Shown here: positions 15,890-23,495 of the stretch, piece by piece | Layout of the letters: the number at the start of each line of letters is the position of its first letter | How positions within the stretch are numbered: the first letter of the stretch is position 1 | Origin: a virus | Taxonomy: Duplodnaviria; Caudoviricetes | Reading direction: 5' to 3' (one strand) | Virus record (IMG/VR): IMGVR_UViG_3300020045_015213 | Location: 1 to 25,315 of that record | DNA: 25,315 nucleotides | Translations under genes and position numbers: made by a program | Notes under the pieces: generated by a model | The model's database searches: none | What the model was told of the DNA's origin: nothing | What the model saw: only the letters and a program-made list of their open reading frames with translations

Positions 15890-17977
15890 TTAAGTTTTAA
15901 TAATTTCAAGATATAATTTCAGGCTTCGTCCAGTTTCACCACTTCCTACTTGGTAAATACTTCCTGTAATTTCGTCGCCTTTAGTAAATGAAGTTGTTGT
16001 AAAAACAGGTGTGGTTCCTGTAAGGCTTGTTTTTTCGTTCGCATCAATTCCTATTTTTGTCGATGTTATTGATACGCCATTTTTCTTTATGTCGACAATA
16101 AGACTACTTACCGTTGGCGCTGTTTTAACGCCAGCCCAAGCGTTCGATAAATTAAAATTGTAAGGCGCTTGCATCGGGTCTGTGTCACCCGTAACTAAAG
16201 CGGTACTTCCATCACTCATTGCCATTGAAATGGTGTCTTTTCCTAATGCAGTTTTTTCAGCATCAGTTACATAATTATCATCACTTCCTTTTATAGGTTC
16301 GTAAGTTGTGGTGGCGGTTGAACTTGTTAAGTATCCACTCAAATCTTGGTCGCCGGTATTATTTCCCGATAAAGTCGTAATACCCAACAAGCTTTTTATT
16401 TTACTAGCGGTGAAGTAATCAACCATTCCTTTTATACTGGCGTATAATGAAGAAGATGTTTCATTCCCTATAACCGTATCTGTTTTATTTAAAACATTTT
16501 CTTTTCCTGAAACGTCAATAGTTGTTCCCAGATTATCCCATACGGTTCCGGTCCACGCATAATTCTCTCCCGTGTCGCTTAAATTATAAACATCACCAAT
16601 GGTCAATCCCGTAGAGGGCAAAGCTGCGTAGTTGGCCACGTTACCCTTGAACACATAAACACTTGAAACTTTAGAATCCGTATAAGATTGTGCTGATGCC
16701 AATACAACAGCATCAGCCGCAGCCTGAGCAGTAGAAACAGGTTTGCTTGCATCTGAAGTATTATCGACGTTGCCAAGTCCAACATTGCTTTTTGTCAAGT
16801 CCGAAACCATTGCAAAAGTTTCTCCCGCTCCTCCCAACTTGTTAGGGAGTTGTACAGTATAACTTTCTGTTGTGTTATCAGATCTTATGAAATTAAAAAC
16901 AGATTCAAGTTTTTGAAACAAAATATGGTCATTTGCAAATCGGGTACAAAAAGAATTTAAATAACTGCTGAACCATATAAATTTTGTTGTAGAAAAACCT
17001 GAACCCAATACTTGGTCAATATTTGGTATTACCACCGTAGGAGGAACAACTGGCTCACTTACACCTGAATCAGAAACCAATACATAAGTAACATACAATC
17101 CCTCGTTTGGTAGTTGTGGTGGAATTGCTATTCCCAATGTTTCTATTCCTGACACTTTTGTGAATCCGTTGTCGGTGTTGGGAACAAAATAATCTAATCT
17201 TATTTTTCCTGGACTGCAAAAAGTTATTGGAAATTCTATTCCTTCAGTGTTTTCATAAATAGTTCCATCTAATTTCCATTTTCCTAAATCTTCAATAATT
17301 AAAGTATTATCTACTAAAGAAAAAGCAGGTCTTATGATAAAAACATTGTCTAAGTCCGTTTGATTTTCTAAAATAACCAACCTCTCGTCAAGGTCAGCTG
17401 CATTACCCGCATAGGTAGATTTATCAAGTTTTAACGGGTCTGAACCCGAACTTCCACCAACTGACTTTAACTCAAAATTAAAGAAGTAAATGTTAAAATG
17501 AACTAAATCTGTAAAAGCCGCATTGCTAAAATAAGTAGAAACTTCAAAAGTAAAAGAATCTGCAAATTCGGTTATCGCCACAATATTGAAATAAACAGTA
17601 TTGTTGAGATTGTTCGAGTTTCGCAACGTGACTAAAAACTCGTTCTTGTTCGTGGACATAAACCGAAACAAATCCGTCAAATCTGTATCGTAGAAATTCT
17701 TTTTGTTGATGAATAGCTTGGTGATTCCTGCTATCGAAGTTTCGTTTTCGTCGGATAAAAAAACACCTTCCGTCAAAACTTCTAGCGGGATGTTATTGCT
17801 TGTTTTAAATAGGTAATTCAATATGGAAGTACCTGTCAACTCGTTAATTAACTTTGCTGTTTCCTCAAATCCAAAATTTACTGTCTTTAAATTATTTTCG
17901 CTATCCGTTCCTACAAAGTAGTCGCTTACTACAGGAGTTTTCTTTGGATAGGCTGATTTTTTGGAGATTTTAGTCAT
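15890..17977 (-). CDS. Tail fibre-like modular protein
   Basis: 695 aa. Contains common phage fibre motifs TKSNVGLGNVDNTSDASKPVSTAQ, YVFKGNVANYAALP...GDVY...YAWTGTVWDNLG and LSGNNTGDQDLSGY, plus the shared N-terminal GTD..KT.NF motif. Confidence 0.75.
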   Translation of the reverse strand: MTKISKKSAYPKKTPVVSDYFVGTDSENNLKTVNFGFEETAKLINELTGTSILNYLFKTSNNIPLEVLTEGVFLSDENETSIAGITKLFINKKNFYDTDLTDLFRFMSTNKNEFLVTLRNSNNLNNTVYFNIVAITEFADSFTFEVSTYFSNAAFTDLVHFNIYFFNFELKSVGGSSGSDPLKLDKSTYAGNAADLDERLVILENQTDLDNVFIIRPAFSLVDNTLIIEDLGKWKLDGTIYENTEGIEFPITFCSPGKIRLDYFVPNTDNGFTKVSGIETLGIAIPPQLPNEGLYVTYVLVSDSGVSEPVVPPTVVIPNIDQVLGSGFSTTKFIWFSSYLNSFCTRFANDHILFQKLESVFNFIRSDNTTESYTVQLPNKLGGAGETFAMVSDLTKSNVGLGNVDNTSDASKPVSTAQAAADAVVLASAQSYTDSKVSSVYVFKGNVANYAALPSTGLTIGDVYNLSDTGENYAWTGTVWDNLGTTIDVSGKENVLNKTDTVIGNETSSSLYASIKGMVDYFTASKIKSLLGITTLSGNNTGDQDLSGYLTSSTATTTYEPIKGSDDNYVTDAEKTALGKDTISMAMSDGSTALVTGDTDPMQAPYNFNLSNAWAGVKTAPTVSSLIVDIKKNGVSITSTKIGIDANEKTSLTGTTPVFTTTSFTKGDEITGSIYQVGSGETGRSLKLYLEIIKT

Positions 17978-17994
17978 TTACTGAACATTTACGA

Positions 17995-18037
17995 CAAAGA
18001 TATAAATTAAACGACAACAATTATTTGTTGTCGTTTA
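17995..18037 (-). promoter_or_regulatory. Late-type promoter P3 for the fibre-lysis operon
   Basis: Minus strand TAAACGACAACAAA-TA-ATTG-TTGTCGTTTAATTTA-TATCTTTG, 17 nt before the ATG at 17977. Confidence 0.75.
18008..18037. repeat. Perfect 13-bp inverted repeat of the promoter element
   Basis: TAAACGACAACAA-TTAT-TTGTTGTCGTTTA between the divergent fibre and groEL genes. Confidence 0.95.
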
Positions 18038-18054
18038 TAAATTACGTAATTTTG
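18024..18054 (+). promoter_or_regulatory. Host-type promoter for groEL-groES
   Basis: TTTG (18024-18027), 19-nt spacer, TAATTTTG (18047-18054): canonical Bacteroidota -33/-7 geometry. Confidence 0.7.
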
Positions 18055-18081
18055 CTCATTATTAATCAAATCAAAACAAAT

Positions 18082-19635
18082 ATGAGTAACACAATTTTAA
18101 GGCAGGTCGTGTCTGGCGACGAAGCGAAACAAAGATTGCTATCTGGATTAAATAAAAGTTGCGACATCGTGTCGGACACAATGGGATTTAGAGGCAACAA
18201 CAACCTTTTTGAGCAGGTTGGCGGTTTGCCCAACATAACTTCAGATGGCTGGGACTCTTTAGAACAACTTTATTGGGAAGACCCGATGGAACATATCGCT
18301 TGCGAAATATTGAAAGAAGCTTGCAAAAAAACCTTTGAATTGGTCGGCGACAACACCACGCTCACTTGCGTACTCACGCAGGCTTTCTTCAAAAACTCCT
18401 TGGACGAACTAAAAAAAGGAACCTCTTCCATTGAAATAAAAAAACGTATCGATGAATCGGTACAGAAAATAATCGAGTACATCGACAGTATTGCCGTTCC
18501 CGTGGACGAAAGATTGATGTACGACATTGCCAAGACTTCGGCACACGGCGACGACGAAATTGCCAAAATCGTGCAGGAAGCATTCATAAAGTCGGGAGAG
18601 TACGGAATCGTTTCCCACAAACGCAGTTTTACCGACGAAACATACATCGAACACATTGCGGGAAATCCATTGGATGCAGGATATGCAAACGAAGGATTTA
18701 TCAACGTAAACGATACGCAATCCGTGGTATTCGACAATCCATTGGTGCTTTGCTCGCTGATTAATTTCCAAACCGCAAACGAGGTGATTCCTTTCTTGGA
18801 ATACGCTTCAAGCCAAGCGCGCCCGTTGGTTTTGGTGTCGAATATGGAACACGATATTTCGAATATGATACTCGAAAACGTGACCAAACACAAATACCCT
18901 TTCTGCGTGATTAAACCGCCCTACCAAGGCAAAAAAGGACGTGAAACAATGGCGGATTTGGCCTTGGTTTTGGGCTGCGAAGTTTTGCAGGGAATCGCCC
19001 GCGTGAACTACGATGGCAAAGAGGAATTGTACCTTGGAAGTTGTGAGCGTATTGAAATAGGCAAGAAAGACACCGTAATCACGAAACACAAAGATTATGA
19101 TGATACGGCTGCCAAAGGAAAAATTACCGACTTGACCGCCCAAATAAAACTCCAGGATAACGAAGGCGAGAAAAACTACCTACGTGAAAGAATTGCCAAG
19201 ATTTCGGGAGGAATTTCCACGGTGATGGTGGGAGGAGTAACCCCATCCGAAGTTGAAGAAAAAGTGGCGCGAGTGGACGATGCCATAAGTGCAGTGAGAG
19301 CGTCAAAAGACGGTGGAGTAGTGGCAGGCGGGGGAACGACTTTGTTTTATGCCAATACCGAATTTGATTTAGATATGGTATCGCATAAAGCCATTGACGC
19401 TCCTATTGAAAAAATACTGAGCAACGCAAGTGCAACAGGTCTTTTCGACGGAACCGAATATCCCAACGGCTACGACGTAAAAGAATACGAACACGTAAAT
19501 ATGTTCGATGCCGGAATACTCGACACCGCAAAAGGCGTGAAAACTGCCCTGACAAATGCCGTTTCCGCCTCAAACAACTTGTTAAGGACAAATAACGTGA
19601 TAACCCTAAAAAGATTCGAACAAAATGGAAAATAA
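18082..19635 (+). CDS. groEL: Phage chaperonin GroEL (Cpn60)
   Basis: 517 aa from ATG 18082. Collinear with Cpn60: ITSDG, GDNTT, IAKIVQEAF..SGEYG, RETMADLALVLG, LRERIAKISGG, VDDAISA, GVVAGGG, GILD. No GGM tail. Confidence 0.95.
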   Translation: MSNTILRQVVSGDEAKQRLLSGLNKSCDIVSDTMGFRGNNNLFEQVGGLPNITSDGWDSLEQLYWEDPMEHIACEILKEACKKTFELVGDNTTLTCVLTQAFFKNSLDELKKGTSSIEIKKRIDESVQKIIEYIDSIAVPVDERLMYDIAKTSAHGDDEIAKIVQEAFIKSGEYGIVSHKRSFTDETYIEHIAGNPLDAGYANEGFINVNDTQSVVFDNPLVLCSLINFQTANEVIPFLEYASSQARPLVLVSNMEHDISNMILENVTKHKYPFCVIKPPYQGKKGRETMADLALVLGCEVLQGIARVNYDGKEELYLGSCERIEIGKKDTVITKHKDYDDTAAKGKITDLTAQIKLQDNEGEKNYLRERIAKISGGISTVMVGGVTPSEVEEKVARVDDAISAVRASKDGGVVAGGGTTLFYANTEFDLDMVSHKAIDAPIEKILSNASATGLFDGTEYPNGYDVKEYEHVNMFDAGILDTAKGVKTALTNAVSASNNLLRTNNVITLKRFEQNGK

Positions 19636-19921
19636 ATTTGAAGGACAGGCACTAAATCTTAACGTGATAGTGCAGGAAGTGGATAATGAAAACATCACGG
19701 CTTCAGGATTGGATTTGACGGGAATCGTCGATGCCAACGAAAAACAGAAAAAGGGCAGGGTAGTATCGGTAGGAACGGAATGTCCCCAAAAGTCGGACGG
19801 ATCCCAAACAATAAAAATAGACGACGTCGTTATTTTCGACAAGTTCAAAGTAACTCCATTCACCCAAAAAGGAATTGCGTACATACTTGTTGATTATCGC
19901 GATATGGTTTGGGTAGGATAA
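19625..19921 (+). CDS. groES: Phage co-chaperonin GroES (Cpn10)
   Basis: 98 aa; ALNLNVIV...TASGLDL...GRVVSVG...IKIDDVVIFDK...YILVDYRDM; start overlaps the groEL end. Confidence 0.9.
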   Translation: MENKFEGQALNLNVIVQEVDNENITASGLDLTGIVDANEKQKKGRVVSVGTECPQKSDGSQTIKIDDVVIFDKFKVTPFTQKGIAYILVDYRDMVWVG

Positions 19922-19941
19922 TTTAGATTGTTGATTCAAAG

Positions 19942-19984
19942 AAAAACCCCAACTTCCGATAACAAGGAAAGATTGGGGTTTTTT
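19942..19984. terminator. Bidirectional intrinsic terminator
   Basis: AAAAACCCCAA...TTGGGGTTTTTT stem with inner TTCC/GGAA pairing, between convergent groES and the 202-aa gene. Confidence 0.85.
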
Positions 19985-20002
19985 ATGCACTATGGCTTGG
20001 CG

Positions 20003-20611
20003 TTACTCGATTGTTTCGGCAGGTGTTTCTGTGATTGGCTCCTCAAGACTCTCTGTAGGCATAGCTGCAAAAACATATTGTGAAGGCTCGTCTAAATTAC
20101 TTGCATTTACTTTTCCTGCGTCTAAAACGGCTATTTCTTCCACTAAAACTTCAAGCGACGCAAAGTATTCGTCCATTTCTTTTTGTTGCTCTTCGGTTGG
20201 CTCCACGGTAATCCAATCGTTTCTTTTCTTGAATTCTTCAAATGGAGTGTCCGTGATTTCTCCTTCTTTCGTAAAGACAAGGATTTCGTCAGTTTTGATG
20301 TTCTTGAACCAAAAACCGCCCCATTCTGGAAGAGCAATAAGTTTTCCGCGGCCCATTAGTATTTCGGCTTCCTTGTAGGTGGTTCCGGCGGTTGGCTCTT
20401 CTTCCACTTTCGGGGCAACCTCGTTGGCCGTGGCATTGTCAAAATTCACGTCGCCGGCGATTACGTAATTGACCTCTTTAATCGATACAATGTCCGTTTC
20501 GTGTATTTGCAATCCGTCGAAATGCTCTTTTAAACTCTCGACTTTGAACAAAACTTTCTGTCCGTCAAAATGTTTCTCTACTCCCTTGGCAATCAATTTT
20601 TCTGTGTTCAT
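20003..20611 (-). CDS. Acidic protein with a central DUF2829/Tad2-like domain
   Basis: aa 77-137 TTYKEAEILMGRGKLIALPEWGGFWF...NDWITVE match the (F/Y)xEAxxxhxxGKxhxxxxWxG...DWxxV pattern of DUF2829/Tad2-like proteins; flanks are acidic and low-complexity. Confidence 0.55.
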   Translation of the reverse strand: MNTEKLIAKGVEKHFDGQKVLFKVESLKEHFDGLQIHETDIVSIKEVNYVIAGDVNFDNATANEVAPKVEEEPTAGTTYKEAEILMGRGKLIALPEWGGFWFKNIKTDEILVFTKEGEITDTPFEEFKKRNDWITVEPTEEQQKEMDEYFASLEVLVEEIAVLDAGKVNASNLDEPSQYVFAAMPTESLEEPITETPAETIE

Positions 20612-20629
20612 ATTTATTGTTTTTGTTTA

Positions 20630-20872
20630 TTAATAAGTTGCTGCTTTTACTGCCCACATTGCAGCTTCTTCATAAGCCGTTTGCGCTAATGAAATAAGCC
20701 TGGCTTTTTCGCCTGACATCATAGAGCCGTCTTTTGGCTTCAAATCTTCGCAAACATTAATTAGTTCGGCGGTTTTTTCTTTGAAGAAATTTACATTTCC
20801 TACATTTGATGGGTTGAATTCTACTCGAACTCTTTTCTCTCCCAATGTCAATTCTTTTGTTTCTGTGTTCAT
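20630..20872 (-). CDS. Acb2/Tad1-like helical-hairpin protein
   Basis: 80 aa; NFFKEKTAELI helix followed by RLISLAQTAYEEAAMWAVKAAT, the RxxxhAxTxhEEAxMW signature of the Acb2/Tad1 hairpin superfamily. Confidence 0.7.
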   Translation of the reverse strand: MNTETKELTLGEKRVRVEFNPSNVGNVNFFKEKTAELINVCEDLKPKDGSMMSGEKARLISLAQTAYEEAAMWAVKAATY

Positions 20873-20882
20873 TTTTTGTTGT

Positions 20883-21434
20883 TTATTGATTAATAATTTT
20901 TAATTTATTTTGATACGCATTTGAAGCGTCTATTTCATTTGTAAAATATCCTAATCCTATTCTTTTTTTATTTATAGTAATTTGAGACCTCCATTTTTTA
21001 CTTTTTTTATTATACGTTACTCCTATGAAGTTTGAACTTCCATTATATCTGTCTTTTGATGAATTTATCCTGTTAGTTACAAGTTGTATATTTTCCAATC
21101 TATCATCGGTTTTAATATGATTTTTGTGGTCAACAACAATTTCATTAGTGCCATTAGGTTTATGATTTAAAAATGACTCGGCTACAATTCTATGAATTGT
21201 TCTAGGTTTTAAAACTTTATTTTCCCTTAAAGTAATTGTTCTATATCCATATGTATCTCTCCACCCTTTAATTATTTTTATTGTATTTAATTGAAAACTT
21301 TTAAATCTTCCTAAATCACTAATCATATAAATTCCTTTATATCCGATTACATCTCTCCACTCTTCGCAACAAACCAATCCGTCGTCGTTAATGTAAAACA
21401 AATCTTCTAAAATTAAATTTTTGTGGTATTCCAT
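20883..21434 (-). CDS. Free-standing NUMOD4-HNH-AP2 homing endonuclease
   Basis: NUMOD4 EEWRDVIGYKGIYMISDLGR; HNH IHRIVAESFL...VDHKNHIKTDDRLEN; AP2-like SNFIGVTYNKKSKKWRSQI...LGYFTNEIDASNAY. Visibly more AT-rich than its flanks. Confidence 0.9.
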   Translation of the reverse strand: MEYHKNLILEDLFYINDDGLVCCEEWRDVIGYKGIYMISDLGRFKSFQLNTIKIIKGWRDTYGYRTITLRENKVLKPRTIHRIVAESFLNHKPNGTNEIVVDHKNHIKTDDRLENIQLVTNRINSSKDRYNGSSNFIGVTYNKKSKKWRSQITINKKRIGLGYFTNEIDASNAYQNKLKIINQ

Positions 21435-21436
21435 AA

Positions 21437-22252
21437 TTATAATTTTTCAGTTGGTTTTCTTCCTGTTTGAATATCCTGGATGTCGTCGTTCATATCCTTC
21501 ATTATCTGCATTATTTCTGGGCTTAATCCCGAAAATATCGGTTGGTTTAGCTGTATGGTATTCATCCGGCCAAGCGTTCGGTAAATATGGGTTAGCTGGA
21601 GCAAAAACCCGTGTGTCAATTGGAACAGGCTTGTTTTCTTGTACGTGTTCTCTTTGTCGTAGTGCTTTATGGTTTGCATTAATTCCTCAATTAATCCTTC
21701 GTTTATCGCTCGTTGATGCTTCAATTTGCTGCTTCCGTAATGCAATACTGCCGCGTTTTCAAATCGTTCCTTGGTGAAAGGAATGTTTGAGTAGAAATAA
21801 AACCCAATCTGGATATCCTCGACCCTTATCCCGAATTTTATCGAGAAATAATTCACTACAATCCCGTAATACCGCAAAAAGTCGAATTCTCGCTCAACAC
21901 ATTGCACACGAATAAATTTGTTTTGTTGCTCTATTTTATGGCGATTACGGTTCCGCAAATTGATTCTTAGGGGATGCGTCAACTTCAACTCCATTATTTC
22001 ATCCACGTCACGCACCCGACGGTGAATCGTTCTTTTTCTCCATTGCTCCACGGTTTCTCCCTCACGAACTTTCAGGAACTCGGCATTGGTCCTCTTTTTC
22101 CATTCACTTTGCCCCGTTTTTATTTTGCCCTGATAAGTCACCAATGGCTTGTAAGGTCGTTTCTTTCCCTTATTCCCGTGAACCGGCTGTTTCTTCATTC
22201 CAGGATAAAGAATCTTTCCTTTTTTTGTTCTTCTTTTAGGTTTATCGGCCAT
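21437..22252 (-). CDS. Basic hypothetical protein, possible winged-helix DNA-binding protein
   Basis: 271 aa; K/R-rich N-terminal third. The C-terminal ...RAINEGLIE...LFQLTHG...IY resembles a MarR-like helix-wing arrangement. Confidence 0.5.
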   Translation of the reverse strand: MADKPKRRTKKGKILYPGMKKQPVHGNKGKKRPYKPLVTYQGKIKTGQSEWKKRTNAEFLKVREGETVEQWRKRTIHRRVRDVDEIMELKLTHPLRINLRNRNRHKIEQQNKFIRVQCVEREFDFLRYYGIVVNYFSIKFGIRVEDIQIGFYFYSNIPFTKERFENAAVLHYGSSKLKHQRAINEGLIEELMQTIKHYDKENTYKKTSLFQLTHGFLLQLTHIYRTLGRMNTIQLNQPIFSGLSPEIMQIMKDMNDDIQDIQTGRKPTEKL

Positions 22253-22254
22253 TA

Positions 22255-22680
22255 TTATTGACTTAGAATTTTATACGCTTCAATATATTTGTTGAGTCTT
22301 TTTATATCTTTATCCGAAACTGAATCTAACCGAGTTATATCCATATTGTCTTTTAAATCAGCTAACTTTATTTTTGTAGCCCAACTACTTTGATTAATTC
22401 TATTTATGTACTCAAAATAATCTTCATTGTCTTTTTTTGTCAACACTGCAATTGTACTAACTATGTTTTCAGAAAATAAGCATCTTAAAGAAGTTTCATT
22501 CCATTCAGGACAATCTTCTAATAAATCGTGAAGTATTGCTATTGTATAAAGAAATTCATCATCTTCAAAAGGTTTTGCAACTCTTAATAAATGATTAAAA
22601 TATGGTTTCCCTCCTTTATCAACTTTTCCTTCAAAAGATTTTTTTGCAATTTCAAATGCCAATTCTTTTATTTTACTCAT
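22255..22680 (-). CDS. HD-domain hydrolase, RelA/SpoT (small alarmone hydrolase)-like
   Basis: DKGGKPYFNHLLRVA, AILHDLLED, VLTK and KIKLADLKDN motifs. Confidence 0.85.
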   Translation of the reverse strand: MSKIKELAFEIAKKSFEGKVDKGGKPYFNHLLRVAKPFEDDEFLYTIAILHDLLEDCPEWNETSLRCLFSENIVSTIAVLTKKDNEDYFEYINRINQSSWATKIKLADLKDNMDITRLDSVSDKDIKRLNKYIEAYKILSQ

Positions 22681-22683
22681 ATT

Positions 22684-22983
22684 TTATTTTTCTAATTGTT
22701 TAATTCCAAACTCTGCATAAGCAATAATCTTTTTGAAATCTTCCAAGTCTTGTCCTTTTTTTCTCCAAGTGTATTTGTCGATGTTGAATCTGCAACAAGC
22801 CATTATTTCCTCGAAATTCATATTGGCTTCTGCACGAGTGAAAGTGTCTATTCCTATTTGGTATTGTTCGGGTTTTAACTTATGTACGGCAGTATTTTTT
22901 GGAACATAACCTACTCCTTCAACATAATCATGATCACTCATTATTGATAGTTCTAATGGTTTTGATTGCTTATTCTTTGACAT
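22684..22983 (-). CDS. DUF3310-like (T7 gp1.7/SaV-like) protein
   Basis: KPEQYQIGIDT...CRFNIDKYTWRKKGQDLEDFKKIIAY fits the P.HY...N..KY.WR...K...EDL.KA..Y pattern. Confidence 0.7.
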   Translation of the reverse strand: MSKNKQSKPLELSIMSDHDYVEGVGYVPKNTAVHKLKPEQYQIGIDTFTRAEANMNFEEIMACCRFNIDKYTWRKKGQDLEDFKKIIAYAEFGIKQLEK

Positions 22984-22986
22984 AAT

Positions 22987-23292
22987 TTATTTTATTTTAC
23001 TAATTAAAAAATCATACAATTCCTCCGGCGTTTGCAATTCGTCTCCGATTTTACCAAATTCAATCCAAAAACAATAATGCTCGATAGGACAAAACCCGTG
23101 TTCGTCTTTCGGAAAATGAACTTGTAGCAACTTCATCGTCGCCTGAATAGCCATATTGTCTTTGTAACTACACTCTTGATGCACTCCAAAGGCTTCCTGA
23201 ATCGTTTCTCCTATCCTTCTGTCGAATAATATCTGTTGGCGGATCAATTCTATTACTTCCGAAAATGTGGCTTTGTCTATCATTTTATACAT
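22987..23292 (-). CDS. Hypothetical protein
   Basis: 101 aa, tightly packed; ends IEHYCFWIEFG...TPEELYDFL. Confidence 0.7.
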   Translation of the reverse strand: MYKMIDKATFSEVIELIRQQILFDRRIGETIQEAFGVHQECSYKDNMAIQATMKLLQVHFPKDEHGFCPIEHYCFWIEFGKIGDELQTPEELYDFLISKIK

Positions 23293-23495
23293 TTTAAAAT
23301 CAGTTCGTATTGTTTTTTAAGTTCGAAATATTCCAACCAATCGGCAAGGCTCCATTCGTATTTTGTTTTGTTCCATAATACGTGATTGTTGTGGGTTTTT
23401 AGCACATCTACAATCTCGTATATTTTATTTTCCTTGCAAAAAATAATGGTCGTGTGCTTTTCCCTTATCTCTTTGGCGGTTTTATTTCTACCCAT
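23280..23495 (-). CDS. Hypothetical protein
   Basis: 71 aa overlapping both neighbours in the same orientation. Confidence 0.6.
   Translation of the reverse strand: MGRNKTAKEIREKHTTIIFCKENKIYEIVDVLKTHNNHVLWNKTKYEWSLADWLEYFELKKQYELILKCIK

Noticed and set aside
18025-18081. Upstream TTG start of the groEL ORF
   Set aside because: Overlaps the promoter and inverted repeat; ATG 18082 has an A-rich leader and matches the normal Cpn60 N-terminus.
18270-19990. Minus-strand ORFs inside groEL-groES
   Set aside because: Antisense shadows of well-supported chaperonin genes.
20883-21434. HNH gene as part of a self-splicing intron
   Set aside because: Only 2-10 nt separate it from complete flanking genes; no room for intron core structure.
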